Shown here piece by piece: positions 52,361 to 62,032 of a stretch of DNA of 64,000 nt. Source of the stretch: a virus (lineage: Duplodnaviria; Caudoviricetes); IMG/VR virus record IMGVR_UViG_3300020045_015293, positions 24,641 to 88,640 of that record; one strand, 5' to 3'. A program made the translations under genes and the position numbers. The stretch's first letter is position 1; the number at the start of each line of letters is the position of its first letter. Under the pieces are notes generated by a model. The model saw only the letters and a program-made list of their open reading frames with translations, made no database searches and had not been told where the DNA came from.

Positions 52361-52672
52361 ATGAAAACAAAAACAATTCACATTCAGGACACATTAACAA
52401 CTGTGTATAAAAATAATTGGTATAGTGCTACAAGAGTAGTTATGAATGATGAATCCTTTAAATTATCTAAAATAAAGCGAATTATAAAGAAATGGAGAAA
52501 TGTGGGTAAAGGTATAAGAATAAAAGGAAATATTACAGGAAAAAATATAAAATATAAATATAACTTTTGCAAGATAAAAAGACATTGGGTAGTGGATAAA
52601 GAAGGTATTTCAATAGGATGTGAATTTTTTAATAACTCAACAATTGAGGCATTCATAAAAACAATACAATAA
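52361..52672 (+). CDS. GC[QGE] family protein
   Basis: ISIGCEFF; start moved to MKTKTI. Confidence 0.5.
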   Translation: MKTKTIHIQDTLTTVYKNNWYSATRVVMNDESFKLSKIKRIIKKWRNVGKGIRIKGNITGKNIKYKYNFCKIKRHWVVDKEGISIGCEFFNNSTIEAFIKTIQ

Positions 52673-53266
52673 ACAATAAAAACTTCTCAAAATATTACCT
52701 AATATATTGTTTATGGATGTTAAAAAAAGTATAATAACAATATGTAAAATAAAACATGGGCGTGGGGATATAAGAGTTTGGTGTGGCGGATATTTATGTT
52801 TATGAAGCAATTTTTCTTCCCACCCACCCCTATATCTTTATATATATTTGGTTTTACCAAAATTCTTACATACCTTTACACAAATTTATTTTCGTGGTTA
52901 TAATATCAAATAAAATAATAACCAACCCAAACCCCATAATAAAACCTGGGATGATATTTCAATCAGGCATGGTTAATCCAATATTTTCATATTCTGAGGA
53001 ATTGAAAAAAATTTTCCCAATATATGACGCAATTGATACAGCTTTTTATGAAAATGGAAAAGTATTTTATATTAAATATATTAATTGTTTTTATGGTAAA
53101 ATAAAAATATTAAAATCAATATCTACATTTTTTAAAGTGAGTAAATTATTTAATGAATTACCTAAATGGTATCATTTCGATATATTAGCAATATGGTTAT
53201 CTTCAAACCAAAAATTTATTTTTAATTCTAATGATGTAATTATTAACCCAACAACAACAATTAGTT

Positions 53267-53482
53267 ATGAATAAATATGAATTAAAATTCTGGTACACTA
53301 TATATGTGGGTGGTAGGTTACCATGCCGCAAATTATTTACTACCCAATACATTATGGCTGATAATATTGAATCAGCAAGAATAGAAGCAAATACTATTAT
53401 GGATATATTAAAAATAGAGATGCCTAGGATAAATGAAATAACTGTTAAAAGGGCATCGATATTAAAATCCATATTGAATTAA
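53267..53482 (+). CDS. hypothetical protein
   Basis: ORF. Confidence 0.45.
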   Translation: MNKYELKFWYTIYVGGRLPCRKLFTTQYIMADNIESARIEANTIMDILKIEMPRINEITVKRASILKSILN

Positions 53483-53500
53483 TAATTAAAGATCTTTATA

Positions 53501-53692
53501 ATGAACAAATATACTGAAGTATCCCCAGATAGTTCTGTGGATGAAATTGCCCAAGCACTAATAAAATATTTTAATAATGATTTACCTATGGATATAAATA
53601 AAATAAATGCAGTGTTAAAAAAATGGGAAATATTGGACACAAAGAAACAAAAAGCAAGTATTAAGAAAGCGTTAGCATTGATTATGAAATGA
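53501..53692 (+). CDS. hypothetical protein
   Basis: ORF. Confidence 0.45.
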   Translation: MNKYTEVSPDSSVDEIAQALIKYFNNDLPMDINKINAVLKKWEILDTKKQKASIKKALALIMK

Positions 53693-53920
53693 TTATTTAT
53701 TACACACCACTATATTTATAAAATAAATTTTTTTACCACAATTTTTGTTTGTACCTTTATAATGTAAAAAAGATTAAGTTATGACAATAAAACAAACCAA
53801 TACAAATCATTACAATGTATTTTTAATTAAAAAAATATTTGTATAAAAATTTGGTTTATCCAAAGTTCCAACTTAATTTTATGTCTGAAATTAAAATTAT
53901 AAAAATTTAAAAAAACGGTT

Positions 53921-54391
53921 ATGAAAAAAGGTAACAAAGTAAAAACAGAACAACCCGTGGTTGAGATTACTCCCACCGTTGAAACTGTAGTTGAAACATC
54001 ACAACCACAGGTTGCTGATGTAGAAGTAAAAAAACAATTGGGACGTCCACCAGTACCTGGCAGCAAACGCCAAATAGCAATGGCTGAAAGAGCAGCTAAA
54101 CTTGCTAATGGCACATTAAAAAGAGGACGTAAATCAAACCCCAATTCAAAACGCCAGGCACGCCTTGCACACAGAGCAGAATTGATCGCCTCAGGTGTAT
54201 TAACAGGTAAAAAAGGTCGTCCAACAAATTCTAATTCAAAGCATCAAAAAGCATTGGCTGAAAAACAAGCCAGAATTAATGCTAATGGTGGTGTAGCATT
54301 GAAACCAGGACGTCCAAAAATGACTGAAGAACAAAAAGCAGCAGCCGCAGCAGCAAAAATTACCCCCGGTATTGAAAACGTTGTTTCCTAA
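53921..54391 (+). CDS. basic AT-hook-like (GRP/GRK repeat) DNA-binding protein
   Basis: LGRPP, KRGRKS, KKGRP, KPGRPK in a repeated G.KG RP.N.NSK.Q unit. Confidence 0.65.
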   Translation: MKKGNKVKTEQPVVEITPTVETVVETSQPQVADVEVKKQLGRPPVPGSKRQIAMAERAAKLANGTLKRGRKSNPNSKRQARLAHRAELIASGVLTGKKGRPTNSNSKHQKALAEKQARINANGGVALKPGRPKMTEEQKAAAAAAKITPGIENVVS

Positions 54392-54414
54392 AGCATAAAT
54401 AAAAAACAACCCCG

Positions 54415-54446
54415 ACTCACCTTAGTAATAAGGTGAGTTTTTTTGT
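54415..54446 (+). terminator. intrinsic terminator
   Basis: actcacctta-gtaa-taaggtgagt followed by T run. Confidence 0.8.
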
Positions 54447-54468
54447 CCAAGATTCTATTCTTACTTTT

Positions 54469-54708
54469 ATGGAAATATTTATTAGTATGGGTAAACATGT
54501 TAATCATTATGATGTTCAAGATAGATTGATTGATCGTAATTCCAGAATTAATAAACATACCGGTTCATTAGAACAAAGAGATCCATCCACCCTATCTATT
54601 GCTGAACAAGAAATACTTATGGCTAAAATATTGGCTAATAAGAAAAAAGCAGCAGCTATGGTTATAAAAACTCCACCCAAAGTAAGATTTACAGGTAAGA
54701 AACCATAA
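54469..54708 (+). CDS. hypothetical protein
   Basis: ORF; start uncertain. Confidence 0.45.
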   Translation: MEIFISMGKHVNHYDVQDRLIDRNSRINKHTGSLEQRDPSTLSIAEQEILMAKILANKKKAAAMVIKTPPKVRFTGKKP

Positions 54709-54831
54709 ACATAACATATGGATATATGGCGCCGCGGTCACTGTGCGCGCCATTTCGTTGTGGTAAATGCATTTGATATATTACCAGCTCGTAACCATCC
54801 CTTCACCCCGACACCTATATACGTATATATT

Positions 54832-55026
54832 ATTTATAAGTATATGTAAATACAATTTTTCCATTTTGTAATTCCTTGAATTCTACTAAAGGAATACCAA
54901 ATTTTTTTTATAAATTTCCAATAATACTATATCATTTTCAGTAAGTACACCAAATATTGGTATCAATGTTGCATATAACAATGATTCATAATGTTTTTTT
55001 ATTTGTTGTTCAGATAGAACTTTCAT
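54832..55026 (-). pseudogene. small gene broken at an A8 homopolymer
   Basis: MKVLSEQQ...EIYKKN then TAG TAG; one extra A would give KFGIPLVEFKELQNGKIVFTYTYK*. Confidence 0.35.
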
Positions 55027-55049
55027 AATTAACCTTCTTTGGGTAAAAA

Positions 55050-55268
55050 TCAGCGCTTTAAAAAAAGATTCTTTAAAGAAATTTTTATCGACAAAAACAT
55101 ATATACAAATATATTTGAATAAAATTTAGGCTTTTTTGTTGCTTTTAAATATATTTTAAATAATGGGTCCCTAGCAATAGGATTAAATGTAACTGCATAT
55201 TCAGGAAATAATTTATCTAAATCATCATTTGCAGCGTATAATTGTTTATAATTAGGAATTAATTTCAT
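55050..55268 (-). CDS. hypothetical protein
   Basis: Minus-strand ORF coupled to 55265-55486. Confidence 0.45.
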   Translation of the reverse strand: MKLIPNYKQLYAANDDLDKLFPEYAVTFNPIARDPLFKIYLKATKKPKFYSNIFVYMFLSIKISLKNLFLKR

Positions 55269-55486
55269 TGCTCAAAGGTTTGGTTGTAATAATATTTGCC
55301 CGTCATATTAATTTCATCAAGAGTTCCGCTTTGCTCATTAGATTTACCATCAATATAAGCATCTATTATCTGCTGCTTTTCTTTTTCAAGTAATGATTGT
55401 GCTTTATCAATAATATGAGATTGCCTGTTTGGATTACCTATTGTAGTGACAATATACTCAATCAATTCCTGCATTGCTGATTTCAT
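55265..55486 (-). CDS. hypothetical protein, paralog of 37556-37783
   Basis: SAMQELIE...EKEKQQIIDAY...YYNQTF. Confidence 0.6.
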   Translation of the reverse strand: MKSAMQELIEYIVTTIGNPNRQSHIIDKAQSLLEKEKQQIIDAYIDGKSNEQSGTLDEINMTGKYYYNQTFEQ

Positions 55487-55946
55487 GTTATTTATTTTTT
55501 AAGGTATATAAAAAATTCAGTTGTCATAATTAATCTTTTTATTTTAAAAATAAAAAATAAATTTTGGTAACCCAAGATTTTTAACTTATATTTATATATA
55601 CATAATTAGATATGATGGTAGGTAGGAATGATATTAATGCTTTCAAAAAAGAAAAATTTGGTAATCCAAGATTCTTTTATTATCTTCTATTTATTAATAA
55701 AAATTGTGGAAAAAGAAATGAGTAGTAAATGTAAACAATTAAACAACATAAAATGAGATACAAAGAACAAACACTAAATGCAATTGAAAAAACTGACAAT
55801 CTACTTAAGCTTATACAAGCTCAAATTAACCGTGGTGAATCACGTGATACAGTATTACAAACATTAGAAAGAGTAAAGGAAAATTTGGAAGAAGTACGTT
55901 CATTAGTAAATATTGAAGCAAACGAATATTAAAAAATAAAAAAGTT

Positions 55947-56732
55947 ATGTTAACAGCAGAACAAATACAAGGAAATTGGGTAGAATTTTTGAATCATATT
56001 CAAAATTCAATATCATCTCCACGTAAAGAAAAATTATTGGAATTTTATCAAAAATATGAAGATAGATTTATGTTAATGCCTGCATCTCATAAACCTCAAT
56101 ATCATTCATGTTTTCCAGGAGGATATATAGATCATGTTAATAGAGTAATACAATGTTCATTATTATTATATTCAGCATGGCGTACAATGGGTGCTAATAT
56201 GGATACATTTTCTGAAGAAGAATTAATATTTGCAGCTATAAATCATGATTTAGGAAAATTTGGTACTGAAAAAGAAGAAGCATATATTGAACAAACAGAT
56301 CAGTGGCGTCGTGATAAATTAGGAGAAACATATGAATATAATAATAAAATAGAATTTATGAGTGTTCCTGATCGTTCATTATATTTACTAATGTCTAATG
56401 GTATTATATTTTCTAAAAATGAATTACTTGCTATTAAATTACATGATGGTATATATGATGAAGCCAATAAACCTTATTTAGTTAATTGGTTACCAGAACA
56501 AAAACCACGTTCTTCAATTGTATATATTTTACATCATGCAGATATGATGGCTACACGTATTGAATTTGAAAAAGAATGGTTACCTAAATTTAATGAAGTT
56601 AAAAAAGAAATAAATCAAAATAATAGTAATGGAGCTTTAAAAACAAGACCTAAAAAAGAAGAATTAAAAACAAAGGAATTATCTAAAATAATAGGAAATA
56701 ATAATGTTTTATCTTCATTTTTTAAAAAATAA
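55947..56732 (+). CDS. HD-domain phosphohydrolase
   Basis: PAS....H....GG...H, NHDLGK, HDG, HHAD motifs. Confidence 0.8.
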   Translation: MLTAEQIQGNWVEFLNHIQNSISSPRKEKLLEFYQKYEDRFMLMPASHKPQYHSCFPGGYIDHVNRVIQCSLLLYSAWRTMGANMDTFSEEELIFAAINHDLGKFGTEKEEAYIEQTDQWRRDKLGETYEYNNKIEFMSVPDRSLYLLMSNGIIFSKNELLAIKLHDGIYDEANKPYLVNWLPEQKPRSSIVYILHHADMMATRIEFEKEWLPKFNEVKKEINQNNSNGALKTRPKKEELKTKELSKIIGNNNVLSSFFKK

Positions 56733-56737
56733 AAATC

Positions 56738-57058
56738 ATGAGTATTATATTAATTATAATTTTATTATCTATAAGTACAATATGTTTATTATATACTACT
56801 TATAATTTATTAAAAAAAAATGAAAAATTAGAAGATATTGTTGATAAACAAGATTTATATATAAATAATATATCAGAAATTATTAATGCCTCTTCTAATA
56901 GATTAAATGAAATTGATGAAAGAGGAATATTTGAAGCTGATGATGAAATTGGATGGTTTTTTAAAGAAATTAAAAAAATAAATGTTATGTTAGAAAATTT
57001 TATTTTAGAAGAAAACAAGGAATATGATAAAAAAAACAAGAAAGAAAAAAGAACCTAA
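56738..57058 (+). CDS. membrane-anchored coiled-coil protein
   Basis: N-terminal TM; D.RG.FEADDEIGWFF. Confidence 0.6.
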   Translation: MSIILIIILLSISTICLLYTTYNLLKKNEKLEDIVDKQDLYINNISEIINASSNRLNEIDERGIFEADDEIGWFFKEIKKINVMLENFILEENKEYDKKNKKEKRT

Positions 57059-57728
57059 AACTTATTTTACTAAAGATACAGAAAACGCTATATTAGAATA
57101 TCTAACAATAACTGATCAGAATCAAAGAGATAAATTATATAAAGATAGAATAGAATATGGCTTTTTTAAATTAACCCAAAATATAATTCATACTTATAAA
57201 TATTATTATACAGATGGTGAAAGTATTGAGGATTTACAACAAGAAGTAATTTATTTTTTATTATTACAACTCCATAAATATAAACCTGAAAAAGGTGCAG
57301 CATATTCTTATTTTGGTACCATTGCTAAACGTTACCTAATTAATAAAAATAAGAAAAATTATAAAAAACTTCAGGAAAAAACAGAAGTTTCAGAGATTGA
57401 TGATGATCATCAAACCTACACAGATTTAATTAATGAATCAAACAAAATTGATTTATCTAAATTTTTAGATTTATACATTCAATATGTTTATAAACATATT
57501 AATGAAATATTCCCCAAATCTATAGATCATCCTATAGTATTTGCTATGTTGCACTTATTTAAAACCCGCAATACTTTAGAAATATTTAATAAAAAAGCAA
57601 TATATATTTATATTCGTGAAATGACAGGTGTAAATACTTCACAAATCACCAAAATAATTAAACAATTAAAAGTTATTTATAAAAAATTATTTAATCAATA
57701 TTATGAAAATGATTATATAATTATATAA
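57024..57728 (+). CDS. RNA polymerase sigma-factor-like protein (phage late sigma type)
   Basis: Region-2-like EDLQQEV...KYKPEKGAAYSYFGTIAKRY; C-terminal HTH-like segment. Confidence 0.75.
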   Translation: MIKKTRKKKEPKTYFTKDTENAILEYLTITDQNQRDKLYKDRIEYGFFKLTQNIIHTYKYYYTDGESIEDLQQEVIYFLLLQLHKYKPEKGAAYSYFGTIAKRYLINKNKKNYKKLQEKTEVSEIDDDHQTYTDLINESNKIDLSKFLDLYIQYVYKHINEIFPKSIDHPIVFAMLHLFKTRNTLEIFNKKAIYIYIREMTGVNTSQITKIIKQLKVIYKKLFNQYYENDYIII

Positions 57729-57775
57729 ATTAAATTTATTTCATATTTATATATATCAATTAAATTAAAATAAAT

Positions 57776-58171
57776 ATGAGTGAATTTAAGCAAATAATAT
57801 TTGGTAAAAAAACTTTTTCAGATATTTTAAAGGATATATATGATAATTCCCGTAAAACTGAAAAACAAATTAACGAATTAATAATTACCCTAGGAGATAA
57901 AATAGATGGGCCTGGTGCTGCTGCTATAATGGTTCCATTAATAGTTCAATATTTAGATGTTAAAGTTAAAAATGATGAACATTTAGTAAAAATGGCAGCT
58001 ATTGTCCAACGTTCAATATCTAATAAACAAAATAATAATGATTCATTATTATTAACTCCCAAAGAAGAAGAAGAATTAATTGCAACTGCTAAAGAATTAC
58101 AATCTTCTGCAAATTCCTTAAAAGTAATACCCTCTCCATCACTATTATTAGAAAAAGTAAATAATGGATAA
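57776..58171 (+). CDS. conserved hypothetical phage protein
   Basis: FGKKTFSD.L..IY...VPLI..YLDV.VKNDEHL.K.A.IVQR. Confidence 0.65.
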   Translation: MSEFKQIIFGKKTFSDILKDIYDNSRKTEKQINELIITLGDKIDGPGAAAIMVPLIVQYLDVKVKNDEHLVKMAAIVQRSISNKQNNNDSLLLTPKEEEELIATAKELQSSANSLKVIPSPSLLLEKVNNG

Positions 58172-59618
58172 TTTAATTAAAATAAAAAAATATCAAAAAA
58201 TTAATACTTCTTTTAATAATAATCAAATAATTATAGGAAGAGTAATTGATATTATTTTAGATAATAAACATGAAAAATTTAAAGAATTAGGAGAATGGGA
58301 TTCATTAGGTACAATATTTTTTGCAGAATCAAATAAAAATATTTATAATGAATCTATTTTAGAAAATCTACCATTTGCAAAACCTTTTCATTCATATAAA
58401 AAACATTATCCTTTAAAGGGAGAATTAGTATATATAATATCATTTGCTAATATTCAATCTCAAAATAATTTATTAACAACAGATTATTATTATTTAGATG
58501 TATTAAATGTTTGGAATCATCCTCATCAAAATATTTTACCTTTAATAAATGAATCAGATGAAAAAATAAATAATGATTATTCTAAAATAGGAAAAGGTAA
58601 TTTACAAAAATCAAAAGAAACATCTACATCAAATTCAGATTCTTCTACTAAATTTAATAATACAAAATTAAAACCTCTTTTACCACAGGAAGGAGATTTT
58701 ATTCTAGAAGGAAGATTTGGTTCTTCCATTAGATTTGGAAGTGATATAAATGGAAATCCAATTACAATTATTAGAAATGGGCAAAATCCTAATGTTGATG
58801 AAAAAGGATGGATCCCAAATAAAGAAGATATAAATAATGATTTTTCTTCAATATATTTTAGTACAACAGGTTCTATAGCAATAAAAGTAGCTTCTAGCAA
58901 TTTAAAATCATTTGATGCTTTCAAAAATGATTCTACAGCAATTGTTTCTCCTAATTTTGAAGCACCTAATCAATATTTAACTTCATCAAACTTATCCCCA
59001 ACTTCTTCATTTGATTTAAGTGATGATTTTATTGTTTCAGAAGATGTTTTTAATTCTTCAAGTTTTAACGATTTAGGAGATATATTAGAATCAACTTTTG
59101 TTGCCCCTATAACTGGAGATATTAATTCAATTAATACAACAAAAATAATAAATAAAAAAGATGTTAAAACTTCTTACCCTAATCTTGAATTTAAACAAGC
59201 AAAAATAATTCAATATAATCCAACTCAAAGAGCAGCTGAAATAAAATCAGCTATACCTGATTTTTCAAAAGATATACAAAAAGCAGTTTATATTATAATG
59301 ACATATGAAAATTCAGGAAAAACATATAATTATAATGGATGGGGTATTGAAATGAAAAATGGTAAATGGACAGATCCTGAGCATTCAATTACCCATCAAA
59401 TTGTTTTGAAAGAAAAAGCAAGTGGTACTTATAAGAGTTATGCTGGATTTGATAGCATACGTTCCGCTATTAGATTTGTTGCATATGCATTAAAGAGAAA
59501 AAATATTAATGCTTCAGATCCTAATTTAGCTGAAATATATTCTAAAAAATGGGTTGGTTTATCTATATCAAGTGATGAATTTAACAAAATTGTAAATGAT
59601 GCAAATAAATTATGGTAA
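58164..59618 (+). CDS. baseplate hub/gp5-like protein with C-terminal lysozyme-like extension
   Basis: P.KGELV.I OB-fold-like N-terminus; EGD.ILEGRFG.SIRFG; C-terminal E...YNYNG.G. Confidence 0.55.
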   Translation: MDNLIKIKKYQKINTSFNNNQIIIGRVIDIILDNKHEKFKELGEWDSLGTIFFAESNKNIYNESILENLPFAKPFHSYKKHYPLKGELVYIISFANIQSQNNLLTTDYYYLDVLNVWNHPHQNILPLINESDEKINNDYSKIGKGNLQKSKETSTSNSDSSTKFNNTKLKPLLPQEGDFILEGRFGSSIRFGSDINGNPITIIRNGQNPNVDEKGWIPNKEDINNDFSSIYFSTTGSIAIKVASSNLKSFDAFKNDSTAIVSPNFEAPNQYLTSSNLSPTSSFDLSDDFIVSEDVFNSSSFNDLGDILESTFVAPITGDINSINTTKIINKKDVKTSYPNLEFKQAKIIQYNPTQRAAEIKSAIPDFSKDIQKAVYIIMTYENSGKTYNYNGWGIEMKNGKWTDPEHSITHQIVLKEKASGTYKSYAGFDSIRSAIRFVAYALKRKNINASDPNLAEIYSKKWVGLSISSDEFNKIVNDANKLW

Positions 59619-59851
59619 AATTAAGCACATTATATAATGAAATAAGAATAATTTCTTCTAAACCAAATTTAGAAAAAATTTGGGAACTATATATAGACTT
59701 AATTATTGATAATAATTACAAAGATAAAACTATTAAATTAATAAGAAAAATAGGTTATAATGATGGAAGTTTTTATACTTTTTTAAACAATAATCCTGAT
59801 AAATGGCTTCAATTTTATATAGGTATGATTAAAATAAAAAATGAATTATAA
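59612..59851 (+). CDS. MIKL..L.E leader family protein
   Basis: MVKLSTLYNEIRII. Confidence 0.5.
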   Translation: MVKLSTLYNEIRIISSKPNLEKIWELYIDLIIDNNYKDKTIKLIRKIGYNDGSFYTFLNNNPDKWLQFYIGMIKIKNEL

Positions 59852-60266
59852 ACCAGAAATACCAGATCAATATACGAAGGAACAAATAATTTTATCTTCG
59901 GGACGTCTTGTTTTTAATGCTAAATCAGATTCTGTAATGTTATTTGGTTCTAAAGCAATTTTATTATCATCTGCAGGAACAATAAATTTAGATAGTGATT
60001 CACATACAATAATAAATTCTCCTAAAATATATTTAGGTTTACAAGCCTCAAAAGAAAAAGAACCATTAATGCTAGGTATTCAAACAAATAATTTATTAAA
60101 GGATTTAATTGAAGCAATAAAAATATTTACTTCATTAGTTAAAGCAGGTGCTGCTTCTCCTCAATCAGTAATGGCTGCTGTAGGTGCATTAGAAGGTAGA
60201 ATTATAACAATTGAACCCTTGATAAATAATAAAACATTATTATCTAAACAAAATTTTACTATATAA
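59841..60266 (+). CDS. baseplate spike-like protein
   Basis: IILSSGRLVFNAK.D; SP.IYLG; EPL.LG. Confidence 0.55.
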   Translation: MNYKPEIPDQYTKEQIILSSGRLVFNAKSDSVMLFGSKAILLSSAGTINLDSDSHTIINSPKIYLGLQASKEKEPLMLGIQTNNLLKDLIEAIKIFTSLVKAGAASPQSVMAAVGALEGRIITIEPLINNKTLLSKQNFTI

Positions 60267-60551
60267 ATGATTAAGTTGGTAAAAATATATAATGAAATAA
60301 AAGTAATTGGAAAAGTTACTCCTAAATTAATTAATCAACTTCATAAGGATATTTGGAAAAGGAATGATGATGATGATGAAAATGAAATATGGAATAATAT
60401 GTCTGGTTATGATAAAGATAAATGGTTTGCGGTATATGAAAAAAATGGTGTTTCCGCCCCATTTGAAAATAATTTATTATATAAATCACAACATACTTTG
60501 AAACAAATATATAAAGATATGTTAGAATTTAAAGCAAAATATAACTTATAA
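60267..60551 (+). CDS. MIKL..L.E leader family protein
   Basis: MIKLVKIYNEIKVIGKVTP. Confidence 0.55.
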   Translation: MIKLVKIYNEIKVIGKVTPKLINQLHKDIWKRNDDDDENEIWNNMSGYDKDKWFAVYEKNGVSAPFENNLLYKSQHTLKQIYKDMLEFKAKYNL

Positions 60552-61378
60552 TGAGTGCAATATTTGATACCAAAATAAAACAATTTTTATTTAATAGCTT
60601 CAAAACCCAAGCTAATATTGAATCCACTGTTATAAAAAATATAACTAAAGGAAATAATATATATAATGATTTAATTACCAAGTTTGGTAATGTAACAAAT
60701 ATGTCAGATGAAGAGGTTGTAAAAGTAGAAAAAGAATTAAAGACATTAATAAATATAAAAAATAAAATATCTAATATAATAAATACGTCAATTACAACAT
60801 TAAATACTATAAATTCAATAATAAAAATAATTTCAACAATTATTACTATAGCCCAAATTATTATTCAAATATTAAAAGCATTACCTATACCTGCATTATA
60901 TATGACTTCAGGAATAATAATAACATTTTCTGATATAGTAGCAAAAGCAGATAAAAAAATTGATACATTAAATACCATTATTAAAGCAGCATCACCATTT
61001 TTAAAGAAAATATTAGAATTATTACAAAAAGTTAAATCATTATTAACAACATTAGATCAAATAATTGCAATGATTCAAGCATTTTTAGCAGCACGAAATA
61101 AAAATTATTTAAAAACAACTACAATATTTCCTGAAACACATACAATTATTAATATCCCTAATAGTAATGTAATAGGTTCATATAATGGATTTATGTTTGA
61201 ATTAAAACAAGAAGAAAATCCTAAATTTCAGGTAGGTGATATTAAACGTAATTATGCTGTTGCTATTGATAGTAAAGGAGTGGAACGCTTAAAATCATCC
61301 CCCTCATTTGCATCAGAACCTAGTATATTAATTGACGAACTTAAATTCCAAATTGATACAAATAATTTAAAACCATAA
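60551..61378 (+). CDS. hypothetical coiled-coil protein
   Basis: Long helical region; C-terminal YNGF.FE...R.YAVA...SFAS...LIDELKF.ID. Confidence 0.6.
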   Translation: MSAIFDTKIKQFLFNSFKTQANIESTVIKNITKGNNIYNDLITKFGNVTNMSDEEVVKVEKELKTLINIKNKISNIINTSITTLNTINSIIKIISTIITIAQIIIQILKALPIPALYMTSGIIITFSDIVAKADKKIDTLNTIIKAASPFLKKILELLQKVKSLLTTLDQIIAMIQAFLAARNKNYLKTTTIFPETHTIINIPNSNVIGSYNGFMFELKQEENPKFQVGDIKRNYAVAIDSKGVERLKSSPSFASEPSILIDELKFQIDTNNLKP

Positions 61379-61391
61379 ATATTTATAGACA

Positions 61392-61760
61392 ATGAATACC
61401 AAAGCATTAAAACAATTAATAAAAGAAAGTGTACATGAAGTTATTAAGGAAGAATTATCAGATATTCTTAAAGAAGCAGTACTAGGTAATCGCAAAACTC
61501 AAGAATTTTTAAATGAAGAACAAACTTCATTTAAATTTAATTCTAATGATGTAATTACTAAACCTTCTAATGGTGCATTAAGATCAAAATTAAATGAAAT
61601 ATATGGAATAAATGATGGTAAACCAAAACAAATTCCAAAAGCGGTTGAAGCAGTTGTTGAGGCAGTAGGTGGAGAAAAAAATCCATTTGCTGCAATGTTT
61701 GCTCAAACTGCAGTTGAAATGACACCTGCAGATAGAGCTAATTTATCAAGATTAGATTAA
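61392..61760 (+). CDS. hypothetical protein
   Basis: LK.LIKE.V.EVIKEEL N-terminus; ATATTTATA at 61379. Confidence 0.55.
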   Translation: MNTKALKQLIKESVHEVIKEELSDILKEAVLGNRKTQEFLNEEQTSFKFNSNDVITKPSNGALRSKLNEIYGINDGKPKQIPKAVEAVVEAVGGEKNPFAAMFAQTAVEMTPADRANLSRLD

Positions 61761-62032
61761 TGATAAAACTTATTAATATATTAAGTGAAATTAAAGTTAT
61801 TTCAAAAATAACTCCTGAATTAATTGTTAAGGAAAGTAATTATATTTTTATGGGGGGATTTTTAAATAGTGATGATGAATTAAATGAATGGATTAATATT
61901 TTTTATAAAAATGGAATAAATAAAAGTGCAATATTTAATGATTTGAATAGTTATCAAAATTTATCCCAAAAACAATTAAATAATATTTATCAAGAAATTT
62001 TAAATTTTAAAGCAAAATATAATTATAAATAA
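61760..62032 (+). CDS. MIKL..L.E leader family protein
   Basis: MIKLINILSEIKVISKITP; similar to 60267 and 62436. Confidence 0.55.
   Translation: MIKLINILSEIKVISKITPELIVKESNYIFMGGFLNSDDELNEWINIFYKNGINKSAIFNDLNSYQNLSQKQLNNIYQEILNFKAKYNYK

Noticed and set aside
52783-53274. 163-aa ORF from a GTG start
   Set aside because: N-terminal half spans a promoter and low-complexity tracts; only a shorter downstream ORF is plausible and no function is supportable.
15110-55950. (A/G)GTTATG start context as a novel regulatory motif
   Set aside because: Very frequent, but consistent with known Shine-Dalgarno-independent A-rich initiation contexts in Bacteroidota; used only as host evidence.
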